Position numbers and translations under genes: made by a program. The notes below the pieces were generated by a model. That model ran no database searches. It saw nothing but the letters and a program-made list of their open reading frames with translations, and was not told where the DNA came from. A stretch of DNA of 64,000 nt from Anaerohalosphaeraceae bacterium (GTDB lineage Bacteria; Planctomycetota; Phycisphaerae; Sedimentisphaerales; Anaerohalosphaeraceae): NCBI GenBank assembly GCA_963675525.2, contig CAXXSL010000011.1, positions 224,001 through 288,000 of the forward strand, read 5' to 3'. Shown here piece by piece: positions 1 through 8,255 of this stretch (its first letter is position 1; each line of letters opens with the position of its first letter).

Positions 1-268
1 GGGGTTTTCGCTTTCGGTCATCCGTCAGGATGAAAAGATGAGCAGCTATGAATTGAGCGGAAATAACAGGACTATGAGAGTCCACTTCTGTGTCAAGGCT
101 GATTCAAAATACCTGCCCGTATGTCTGTATTCAGTATATATACCTATGGTTGATTTATTAACTCTTTCTTACACAATTAGTTATATTGATAACTCAAAAT
201 ATCTCTTTTTTAGATGTTTCTTCCTATAGTAAATTATCTGATTTTTATATTTTTTTCAATTTTTAATC

Positions 269-297
269 TTGCATCCACCCCCAAAACAGGTTAGATT
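269..297 (+). promoter_or_regulatory. sigma70-type promoter for candidate sRNA
   Basis: TTGCAT (269-274), 17-nt spacer, TAGATT (292-297), AT-rich upstream. Confidence 0.45.
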
Positions 298-302
298 ATT
301 AT

Positions 303-467
303 ACATAGGCAAAACGCAGTATTTTGCTTTTGCGTGACTTCTATGTCCAGAGGCCATAGTGGTGGTTTTTTAAGATGAAAGCTCCTTCTGCCGCCCGTAA
401 CTTCAGTAGCCCTGGGAAGTTCACCGACTTCCTCCTCCTTCTGCGAAGTGCGGGCGGTCTTTTTTTT
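303..467 (+). ncRNA. candidate structured small RNA with two CUCCUUCUGC motifs and a terminator-like 3' end
   Basis: 5' stem ACATAG..CTATGT enclosing GCAAAAC-GCA/TGC-TTTTGC; 3' stem GCCGCCCG..ACTTC/GAAGT..CGGGCGGT followed by a T-tract; no ORF. Confidence 0.45.
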
Positions 468-702
468 GCCTACTCGGCATAAAAAGACCCGTATGGGTAA
501 TCCCTTAAAATCAATCGAGTTTCCCCTGTCCTGAACTCTTTTTTTAAATTCATTAAGTCATTGTCGTCTATTACCTTAACGACCATCGCCGAAAAAATAA
601 TCATTTTGTTCGGTTTTTGTTTGGTGTTATTCGCCCTGAGATGCCGATAGATATTTTCACGTGAAAGACAGTTGTAAACACTCTTTTTAGCAGGATAAAA
701 CG

Positions 703-1215
703 ATGGACCGTTTTAAAAACACAAATAAGGAACTTCCACTTTGCAAGTTCGGCCCGGGCGGCGATTATGTCAGCGAATGGCATGCTGATGATCCTATCGG
801 CAATTGCGAGCAGCATACGGACGGCTCACCGCTTGGCAAGGTTCTCAATGCAATCGCCGAAATCATCGGCGCCACAGTGCAACCGGAAATGTTGACTGAA
901 ATCGCTTGTGCAATGCCGATCGAACACGAAAAAACCCAGTCCCATTCTCAGGAGAAAATTCACAATGATCAGTCCACCGATCCATCAGCCAACAGAGATC
1001 ACGCCAAAACAACTGGTAGTCCTTCGACAAATTGGAAACTTTCAAAAGAACCGATGCTATTCAGCAACGATTGGGGAACTGGCTCATGCACTGGGCATAA
1101 GCCGCACTACCGCGTACGAACACATCGCCGCACTGCGAGAAAAAAAGCTGCTGACAGCGTCCACGGGCAAGGCACGCTGTTCGAAACTCACCGGCGGCGG
1201 CGTAAAACTGCTTAA
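703..1215 (+). CDS. hypothetical protein overlapping the lexA 5' end in another frame
   Basis: 170-aa ORF with AGGA RBS-like sequence before ATG; first ~260 nt non-overlapping; no recognised domain. Confidence 0.45.
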   Translation: MDRFKNTNKELPLCKFGPGGDYVSEWHADDPIGNCEQHTDGSPLGKVLNAIAEIIGATVQPEMLTEIACAMPIEHEKTQSHSQEKIHNDQSTDPSANRDHAKTTGSPSTNWKLSKEPMLFSNDWGTGSCTGHKPHYRVRTHRRTARKKAADSVHGQGTLFETHRRRRKTA

Positions 1216-1654
1216 ACAGGCATCACAGCTCGAAAAGAAAAGTACACTTCAACTCTCGTCACGGGTTGAGGACTTGGCTTCGGAGGGAATCTATTTACGC
1301 GGGTGTGTTTCGGCCGGTTACGGCATTGACGCCATTGAATCGCAAGAGCCGTTTTCGCTGGGTGATGTCTTCGGAAATCGCGGGGATGTTTTTGCACTGC
1401 AGGTTCGCGGCAACAGTATGATCGACGCAGGCATTCACGACGGCGATTATGTGATGTGCCGACAGGCCGATGCCGCACAGAACGGACAACTTGTTATCGC
1501 CCTGCTGGACGATGGGGAAAATGCAACCGTTAAACGCTTCTTTAAAGACGCCAATGCCGTGCGTCTCCAACCTGAAAACGATGCTTTCGAACCCATCCTG
1601 TCGACTCACTGCCGAATTCAGGCCGTCGTCGTGGGAGTCGTCCGACAATTTTAA
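965..1654 (+). CDS. lexA: LexA transcriptional repressor
   Basis: N-terminal wHTH (ITPKQL..TIGELAHALGISRTTAYEHI), Ala-Gly cleavage site (VSAG), catalytic Ser (GNSM) and Lys (ATVKRF); AGGAG RBS before ATG 965. Confidence 0.93.
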   Translation: MISPPIHQPTEITPKQLVVLRQIGNFQKNRCYSATIGELAHALGISRTTAYEHIAALREKKLLTASTGKARCSKLTGGGVKLLKQASQLEKKSTLQLSSRVEDLASEGIYLRGCVSAGYGIDAIESQEPFSLGDVFGNRGDVFALQVRGNSMIDAGIHDGDYVMCRQADAAQNGQLVIALLDDGENATVKRFFKDANAVRLQPENDAFEPILSTHCRIQAVVVGVVRQF

Positions 1655-2589
1655 CCGGCGGATGATCGTCCCTCGTCAGCTTTTTTGTTTAGCCAATCGA
1701 TTATGTCCTGCCAGATTTTCCGATAGAGTTCTGGATTCTCATAGAAGCCTTCGTTGTGCCCGCCTTTCAGTTCACGGAACAACTTCGGTTCGTTGGCTGC
1801 CTCAAATAGCTGTTTTCCGAATTCGTAAGGAATAATCTCGTCATCGGGACTGTGAACCACAAAGACGGGGCACTGTAAATGTTTGACAGCATCGAGCGTG
1901 TTATAGTCAAATCGGGCAAACCATCTGACCGGCAGGAACGGATAATAGTTCTGACCGACATCGACGAAAGAGGTAAAGGAGCTTTCAAGGACAACCCCTG
2001 CCGGAGCCACTTCTTGGGCGACGATTGCCGCAACACTTCCGCCCAGTGACCGACCGAAGAGAATGATCCGGGCCGGTGATTGCTTCTTTTGATCAACCAG
2101 CCAGTTCCAGCCCGTTTTGATATCCAACAACGTGCCCTTTTCCGTCGGTCTGCCCGAACTCTGCCCGTAACCCCGATAATCCACGATGAGACAATTCAAG
2201 CCGAGTTCATAAAACAGTTCGAGCGTGTCCAGTCGATGCGAGATATTTCCGGCGTTGCCGTGACAAAAAAGGACCGTCCATTGACCATTACCAGCGGCAG
2301 CCGGAATATACCACCCCGTTATCGATTGCCCGTCCGTTGTTTGCAGCGTCACGGCTTCGTAATCCAACCCGACGTCTTTGGGCGTGTAAGCATACTCCCG
2401 GTGCGGCTGATACAATATCCGGGACTGCATCAAAAACAGCATCAGGCAAAGTCCCGCATAGACCGCCAGAAGAATCCCCAAAATGCCCCATACAACCGCC
2501 ATAAGCCGGCCCCTTTTGTAGCGCCGCCAGCCAATAAAAACCAGCGACAAAACAATTAATATCCATAACACAATGCGTATATAATCCAT
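1651..2589 (-). CDS. membrane-anchored alpha/beta hydrolase (ABHD13/Bem46-like)
   Basis: HGNAGN, DYRGYG, GRSLG nucleophile elbow, D..H triad (DEIIP, GGHN); two N-terminal TM helices. Confidence 0.88.
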   Translation of the reverse strand: MDYIRIVLWILIVLSLVFIGWRRYKRGRLMAVVWGILGILLAVYAGLCLMLFLMQSRILYQPHREYAYTPKDVGLDYEAVTLQTTDGQSITGWYIPAAAGNGQWTVLFCHGNAGNISHRLDTLELFYELGLNCLIVDYRGYGQSSGRPTEKGTLLDIKTGWNWLVDQKKQSPARIILFGRSLGGSVAAIVAQEVAPAGVVLESSFTSFVDVGQNYYPFLPVRWFARFDYNTLDAVKHLQCPVFVVHSPDDEIIPYEFGKQLFEAANEPKLFRELKGGHNEGFYENPELYRKIWQDIIDWLNKKADEGRSSAG

Positions 2590-2681
2590 TATCACCTCAT
2601 GAAGCGGGAAAACAGCCGCATTTTAAGTTGTAAAGCCTGAAAGAACAAGATAGAATCTTCAAATTAACGATGCAAGCCCCT

Positions 2682-2773
2682 TGTCATTCCCGCGAAGGCG
2701 GGAATCCAGCGATGGCTTGCCCCGCCATCCGATGGGGAACGCTCTGGATCCCGGCTCGGGGGCTGGGATGACA
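2682..2773. repeat. inverted pair of GTCAT-type REP-like palindromes
   Basis: TGTCATTCCCGCGAAGGCGGGAATCCAG ... CTGGATCCCGGCTCGGGGGCTGGGATGACA. Confidence 0.75.
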
Positions 2774-2800
2774 CAAAGGTAACGGATAACAATTGGATTC

Positions 2801-3856
2801 ATGATGAAACGACGTAAAACCAAAACTGTCACGGTCGGCTCACTCAAACTCGGCACGAAATATCCGATTGTCGTGCAGACGATGACCAAGGTCTTTACCA
2901 CCGATGTCAACGCCTGTCTGCGGCAGATCCGCCAACTGGAGGCCGCCGGCTGCGGGCTCGTGCGCATTGCCGTACCGACCAAGGCCGATACCGAGGCGTT
3001 CGCGAAAATCGTCGCCAAAGTCAACATGCCCGTTGTGGCGGATGTGCATTTTTCCGCCGCCCGCGCGATTGAAGCCATTGAAGCGGGAGCGGTAAAAATC
3101 CGGCTCAATCCCGGCAATGTCAAAGACCCGAAAGATATCCGCCGGATTATCGATTGCGCCAAAGCCCACAAAATCGCTATTCGCGTCGGCGTCAATGAAG
3201 CGAGCATTCGGGACCTGAAAGAAGACGTCCCCCCCGCCCGGCGAACTGCGTTGATGCTCAAGGAACTGAAAAGCTATGTCCGCCTGTTTGAAAAACAGGG
3301 ATTCGACAATCTCGTCCTCAGCGCCAAAAGCGCCGATACTGTGCGGACGATTGAGGTCAACCGGGCCATCGCCACAGCGTTTGAGTATCCGATGCACCTG
3401 GGGCTGACGCATGCGGGCCTGCCGGAAGATGCGCTGGTGCCGTCATCGGTCGCTATCGGCACACTGCTGGCCGAAGGCATCGGCGATACGATTCGCGTCA
3501 GCATCGCAGGCGACCCGGTAGAGGAAATACATATCGGCCGGGCGATTCTGCGGTCGTTGGGACTGGAAGAAACAATGGGGCCCCAGCTCGTCGTCTGCCC
3601 CACCTGCGGCCGGTGCCGGATTGATGTGGTTAATCTGGCTAAGAAAGTCAAACGGCTGTTAGCCGATGTCGACAAACCACTGCATGTAGCCGTGATGGGC
3701 TGCGTGGTCAACGGCCCCGGCGAAGCCGCCGACGCCGACATCGCCATCTGCGCCGCAGAAGGAAAAGGCTACCTCTACAAAAACGGAAAAAAACTCGCCG
3801 TTGTCGATGAAGCAAATCTGCTGGACGCTCTGGCAAAAGAAATTGAAAAGTTTTAA
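2801..3856 (+). CDS. ispG: (E)-4-hydroxy-3-methylbut-2-enyl-diphosphate synthase
   Basis: VQTMT, ADVHF, RLNPGN, LGLTHAG, GIGDTIRVS, CPTCGR and GCVVNGPGE Fe-S motifs. Confidence 0.96.
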   Translation: MMKRRKTKTVTVGSLKLGTKYPIVVQTMTKVFTTDVNACLRQIRQLEAAGCGLVRIAVPTKADTEAFAKIVAKVNMPVVADVHFSAARAIEAIEAGAVKIRLNPGNVKDPKDIRRIIDCAKAHKIAIRVGVNEASIRDLKEDVPPARRTALMLKELKSYVRLFEKQGFDNLVLSAKSADTVRTIEVNRAIATAFEYPMHLGLTHAGLPEDALVPSSVAIGTLLAEGIGDTIRVSIAGDPVEEIHIGRAILRSLGLEETMGPQLVVCPTCGRCRIDVVNLAKKVKRLLADVDKPLHVAVMGCVVNGPGEAADADIAICAAEGKGYLYKNGKKLAVVDEANLLDALAKEIEKF

Positions 3857-3896
3857 CCCCCTCCCTCCTTCGGAGTACTCCCCCTTACAGGGGGAG
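3857..3896. repeat. REP-like double hairpin after ispG (possible terminator)
   Basis: CTC-CTTCGG-AG hairpin and CTCCCCC-TTACA-GGGGGAG. Confidence 0.5.
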
Positions 3897-3970
3897 AGTT
3901 GTTAAAAAAGCTTGTTTTTGAGAAAAAATGCGTTTTATGTGCCAAAAACGCGGATTCTTGTTGTTTTTAT

Positions 3971-4075
3971 GACACCAAAGTAGTCCTAAACGATGCCAAA
4001 GTTGTCCAAAGATGCGCCAAAGTGTGCCATAAATGCGCCAAAGTTGTCCAGTCTGTCGCCATTTTTGTCCTGTTT
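3971..4075. repeat. degenerate 21-nt tandem repeat, 5 units
   Basis: gacaccaaagtagtcctaaac / gatgccaaagttgtccaaaga / tgcgccaaagtgtgccataaa / tgcgccaaagttgtccagtct / gtcgccatttttgtcctgttt. Confidence 0.65.
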
Positions 4076-4144
4076 GAAACCACCGATTACGCAAATATTA
4101 AATGCAAGAACTCAAGGACGCAGGAACATAAGGACTCAAGAATG

Positions 4145-4208
4145 TGGAATCCCGACAAAGTCGGGATGACTGTTTCAAATAGATCCTTCGACTTCGCTCA
4201 GGATGACA
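4145..4208. repeat. two REP-like palindromes ending in GATGAC
   Basis: ATCCCGACAAAGTCGGGATGAC and AGATCCTTCGACTTCGCTCAGGATGACA. Confidence 0.65.
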
Positions 4209-4635
4209 CTGCATGTCAAATGGCTTCGTTTGGGTTCGTTTTAATTACAGCTCTCAGACTTCAGATTTCAGTAACCAGTTGCGGAGAAATCGCTTAGCGT
4301 GATTTTCCCTTTTTACAAAATGGGTTCGTTTTACGAAAAAAGGTGTGTTAAAAAACCTAAGAACCCTCTGAATTGACACTTTAGGCGCAAATTACAGACA
4401 GTCTTTGCATGGCTTGCGCCATGGCGTTTTTATTTGGCTGCTTTGTTGGCCAAGCGAGATAGCGGTTCTCGCACTCTATTAAATTGTGAATATTCAATTT
4501 TTTGGTCTCCGCCGAGGCTCCGACCCCACACGGTGTATTATCGCACAAGTTAGATAAAAAGTAAACAATTATTTTAAGAATTCAGCAAATTATCATAAGT
4601 ATGTGAGGGCGGCTGTTGGTGGGTGAATTTTTACG

Positions 4636-5067
4636 TTACAATTTCCACAGGGGCAGGCCGGTTGGGTCGTCGTGTTCGCGGAGGAACGCGGGGCCTTCGC
4701 AAGCGGTTATCGTAAACTCGCAGGCGAAAACGATCGTTCCGGCGGCCAGATGTCCGGCGAAACAGACGCACTGGTCATCCGACAGGATGACATGGGCATG
4801 CACCATCGGCTTGCCGTCCCGCAGCGAGATGTTTCCTGACAGAGAGGCGATTTCCAGATGCTTATCGATCTCGGAAAACCGGTACTGATACCGGGCCTGA
4901 TCGTAATAGCCGATGCATGCCTTCTGCACGGCCCCGATGGCCGTAACGGTCCCCAGCACGATCTTTTCTTTGTGACAGATGTCGGTCAACTCCCCAAGCA
5001 GGTCACTGCCATGCGATAATTTGCCCATTATGATTTGCTTCGACTGAATTGTTTTATAGACTGCCAT
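4636..5067 (-). CDS. PPC/DUF296 domain protein
   Basis: GSDLL, AIGAV, EIASLSGNI, HAHV, AGHL, CEF motifs. Confidence 0.9.
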   Translation of the reverse strand: MAVYKTIQSKQIIMGKLSHGSDLLGELTDICHKEKIVLGTVTAIGAVQKACIGYYDQARYQYRFSEIDKHLEIASLSGNISLRDGKPMVHAHVILSDDQCVCFAGHLAAGTIVFACEFTITACEGPAFLREHDDPTGLPLWKL

Positions 5068-5104
5068 CGTTATCCCCATTTATCATTTTATTTGATATTT
5101 TGTA

Positions 5105-5410
5105 TTAGATAGAACGAATAAAGAGACCATAGATTAAAGCACAGCCCATATATGCTACTAACACAAAGAAAAACGAATAAAACACTATGAAAAATACATA
5201 ACGAATTGGTTCTTTTCTAAAATCATACTTCCAATCATTGGTAAGTTCAAATGATTTATTCTTCAATCCTTCAATGACCTGTACTGCTAAACAAAGGGAT
5301 ATATATAGCAGAAATATTACGGCTACTAAATTAAAAAGGATTTCCGGGATACTTAATGCTAATGTAATGTACGGTATAAACAATGCATTCTCCCCTGTAT
5401 AACTTAGCAT
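5105..5410 (-). CDS. hypothetical membrane protein (AT-rich)
   Basis: 101-aa hydrophobic ORF, AGGTG RBS-like sequence, AT-rich. Confidence 0.6.
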   Translation of the reverse strand: MLSYTGENALFIPYITLALSIPEILFNLVAVIFLLYISLCLAVQVIEGLKNKSFELTNDWKYDFRKEPIRYVFFIVFYSFFFVLVAYMGCALIYGLFIRSI

Positions 5411-5458
5411 AGGATCACCTTATCTTAATAACATTAAATTTCGATAATTATACTTCTC

Positions 5459-5893
5459 TTATTTTTTGTTCTCTAATAGATTGTAAACATCAGGCGCAGA
5501 CTTGCGAGCAATTCGTTTTGCAATATAGAGTCCTGGGAAAAAGATAATAGCTGTACCTATTAGATAACCAATCCCTATATTTATTCTTAAAACAAAACTA
5601 TCTGATATCCGAACTTTTTCACCATTTGAAAACACATATTTCCCGTCTTCAAAGCCTACGACTTTTATGTTTTCCGTTTGGACACGTTTTTGATCATAGA
5701 CAATGTAAGGAGCAATATCATCTCCCATTTTCGCTCCTATGATACCCCCTAGAAGGGCTGATGGAAGTAAAATCATTATAGCTATTACCAAAAAAGAAAA
5801 TATGTTCCTATGGAAATGAGAAAACAAAATTGTCACCCCGAGTAAGAAGAATTCGATGGCAATCAACCACACAATGGTTTGTAAGATATCCAT
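5459..5893 (-). CDS. hypothetical membrane protein (AT-rich, ~3 TM)
   Basis: 144-aa ORF, GAGGT RBS, hydrophobic segments. Confidence 0.7.
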   Translation of the reverse strand: MDILQTIVWLIAIEFFLLGVTILFSHFHRNIFSFLVIAIMILLPSALLGGIIGAKMGDDIAPYIVYDQKRVQTENIKVVGFEDGKYVFSNGEKVRISDSFVLRINIGIGYLIGTAIIFFPGLYIAKRIARKSAPDVYNLLENKK

Positions 5894-6370
5894 ATATCAA
5901 CCTCATTCAGAGTTATAGTCTGCTCTTTTAAACGCCGATTGCAATCAAACTGTTGCGATAATTTATGGGAATCTCCTTATTACATTTTTTGAAATATGGG
6001 CCACCCTATTGAGGTATTATAGGCTCTATAATATACGGGGCAATAAGAAAAATCGGAGTGTTTTGGATTGTTCGACCCCGTTGGGATTGTGGGAGTCTTC
6101 CATGGCTTTCGCTTCGCGAGAAGCCATGCCACCCGAAACTATACAGGCTGTTGCTGTGGAGGGTTATTATTTATTGTGGGGTATGCGTTCCCTGCGCTGG
6201 CGCTTCGGGCTTTTGTCGAGGATGCTCAAAATACGTGGGATAATAACATTCCCGTTTGATAGACGGCGAGGGTTATTATGTAGGCCAATGCGGTGAGGCC
6301 GAGGTATTGGAATGCGGCCCATTTCCATGTGCCGGACTCTTTGCGGGTGATGGGGACCGTCGCCACGCAC

Positions 6371-6483
6371 CGCGCGGTCAACGTCCCCGGCAAAGGCCTC
6401 ATCTACAAAAATGCCAAAAGACCGCAACCATTGATGAGTCAAATCTCCTGGATGCTCTGAATCAGGAAATCGAAAAATACTGA
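6371..6483 (+). pseudogene. degenerate duplicate of the ispG 3' end
   Basis: GCGGTCAACGTCCCCGGC resembles GTGGTCAACGGCCCCGGC; ends TIDESNLLDALNQEIEKY* versus ispG VVDEANLLDALAKEIEKF*. Confidence 0.8.
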
Positions 6484-6641
6484 CGACGCTATGACGTTTC
6501 CCTTTATCGTTTCGGATTTCAATAATCAGTGGTTTCGACAGAGCTTTTTCAGCGAAAAATCCAATTTTACTTGTATTGTTGGGAAAAAGGGGTATAATTA
6601 GCGGTAATCTACGAAATATCCTTAAAAAGGAGAGGCGTTCG

Positions 6642-7127
6642 ATGCAGGTAAATCTTGTATTCTTGAAAAAGGACGGCACCACCAGCAGTTTTGAACTTCC
6701 CAGCACCGTCACTTTTATCGGCAGACGGCAGGACTGTGATTTCTGTATTCCCCTGATGGTCGTATCCCGGCGGCACTGCGAGGTCAGCCAGGATTTCGGA
6801 AAGATCAGCGTGCGAGATCTGCGCAGCCGAAATGGAACACTGGTCAACGGCCAGCCGGTTGAGGAAACACAGCTTAAGGCCGGCGACGTATTAAAGATCG
6901 GACCGGTTGAATTCGTGATTCAGATCGATGGTGTTCCGGAAAGTTTTGAAGATTACCTGCCCGAACGAGAGGTCCAACCCGAAGTTCCAGCGACAGAACA
7001 AGTCCCAGATGAAAATTTCGCCAAAGCCATGGAAGATTTTTCGGATATCGATCTTGGAAAAAGCCAGACGGAATTAGCCAGCGATTTTTCCGAAAGCTTC
7101 GATTTCGATGAGGACTTCGATCTGTAG
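6642..7127 (+). CDS. FHA domain protein with acidic C-terminal tail
   Basis: IGRR..CD..I...VSRRHC..DLRSRNGTLVNG FHA signature; AGGAGAGG RBS. Confidence 0.9.
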   Translation: MQVNLVFLKKDGTTSSFELPSTVTFIGRRQDCDFCIPLMVVSRRHCEVSQDFGKISVRDLRSRNGTLVNGQPVEETQLKAGDVLKIGPVEFVIQIDGVPESFEDYLPEREVQPEVPATEQVPDENFAKAMEDFSDIDLGKSQTELASDFSESFDFDEDFDL

Positions 7128-7198
7128 TCAGCGAGAACGATCCTCAAATCTCAACAATTCAGTTGCAAGCCCCCGCTCATCGGGGGTATTATGCTCCC

Positions 7199-8230
7199 AT
7201 GAGTCTAAACTTAAAAAACAAAACCTACTCTGACCTGCTCGAACTGGTTGTTGCGTATGAACAAAAGCCGTTTTGTGCCCAATATCTGTTTTCCTTCATC
7301 CACCAGAAAGATGCTATCGCTATTTCAGACATCAGTCCCCTGTCGAAACCCTTTCGGGAAAAACTCGCCCATGACGGATTTACGATCGCAGGCATCGAAT
7401 TGCTTGAACAGCACGACGATCCGGACGGCACGATCAAATTCGTCTTCGGCCTGCCCGGCGGGGCAAAGATCGAAACCGTCCGGCTCAAAGATGATGATCG
7501 CAACACACTGTGCATTTCGACACAGGCCGGTTGTCGAATGGGATGTAAATTTTGCGCAACCGGCCAACTGCAATTCCAGCGAAACCTGACCGCAGCCGAA
7601 ATTGTCGACCAGGTTTACAAAGCCGAAAAAGTCTGCGGGAGAATCAACAACCTCGTCTATATGGGTATGGGTGAACCACTGGATAACTATGATGAGGTCA
7701 TGCGGTCGGTGGATATTCTTAACCATGAAGACGGACGAAACATCGGCATCCGTCACATCACCCTGTCCACCTGCGGTCTGCCGGAAGAAATTAAAAAGCT
7801 GGCACTGTCAAGCTTGCAGCCGCGTCTGGCGGTCTCCCTGCATGCACCGGATGAGGCGACTCGCGCCAAGATCATGCGCATCGGTTCAAAATATCCGCTT
7901 AGCGAAGTGATGGCCGCATTGAAAACCTACCAAAACACCACGGGTAAACGCATTACGATTGAATACTGCATGATCGATCACGTGAACGACCGACCTGAAC
8001 ATGCTAAAGCCCTGGTAAAACTGCTAAGGCCGCTAAAGGTTAATGTCAATCTCATCGAACTGAATCCGTTTCCCGGCTGTCGATTCGAGCCATCCGGTTC
8101 AAAACAGATCCAGGCCTTTGCTAAAATCTTATCCGATGCTGGAATCGAAACAGTCATCCGTTTCAAACGCGGTCGAAGCATTAAAGCCGCCTGCGGCCAA
8201 CTTGGCGCAACATGGCTCACACAGAAATAA
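7199..8230 (+). CDS. rlmN: 23S rRNA/tRNA m2A radical SAM methyltransferase RlmN
   Basis: CISTQAGCRMGCKFC, MGMGEP, SLHA, AACGQL. Confidence 0.93.
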   Translation: MSLNLKNKTYSDLLELVVAYEQKPFCAQYLFSFIHQKDAIAISDISPLSKPFREKLAHDGFTIAGIELLEQHDDPDGTIKFVFGLPGGAKIETVRLKDDDRNTLCISTQAGCRMGCKFCATGQLQFQRNLTAAEIVDQVYKAEKVCGRINNLVYMGMGEPLDNYDEVMRSVDILNHEDGRNIGIRHITLSTCGLPEEIKKLALSSLQPRLAVSLHAPDEATRAKIMRIGSKYPLSEVMAALKTYQNTTGKRITIEYCMIDHVNDRPEHAKALVKLLRPLKVNVNLIELNPFPGCRFEPSGSKQIQAFAKILSDAGIETVIRFKRGRSIKAACGQLGATWLTQK

Positions 8231-8255
8231 CTTATGAAAAAACGGAGAAGAAATT

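Noticed and set aside
1..21. Minus-strand ATG ACC GAA AGC... possible gene start, or CTGA..GAAA hammerhead-like core
   Set aside because: Only 7 codons are visible, and the core is CUGACGG rather than CUGANGA; neither can be supported
305..346. GGCAAA stem resembling a c-di-GMP-I riboswitch
   Set aside because: No GNRA loop, tetraloop receptor or second GCAAA element
3971..4075. Possible CRISPR array
   Set aside because: Contiguous degenerate 21-mers with no spacers; no cas genes in the window
3899..4297. 132-aa ORF after ispG
   Set aside because: Runs through tandem repeats and REP palindromes, TTG start; likely spurious
5080..6000. Integron cassette array explanation for the AT-rich ORFs
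   Set aside because: No attC-like RYYYAAC...GTTRRRY structures and no integron integrase seen
6009..6370. Short ORFs at 6009-6296 and 6256-6483
   Set aside because: Overlap palindromic repeats and the ispG remnant; no convincing starts
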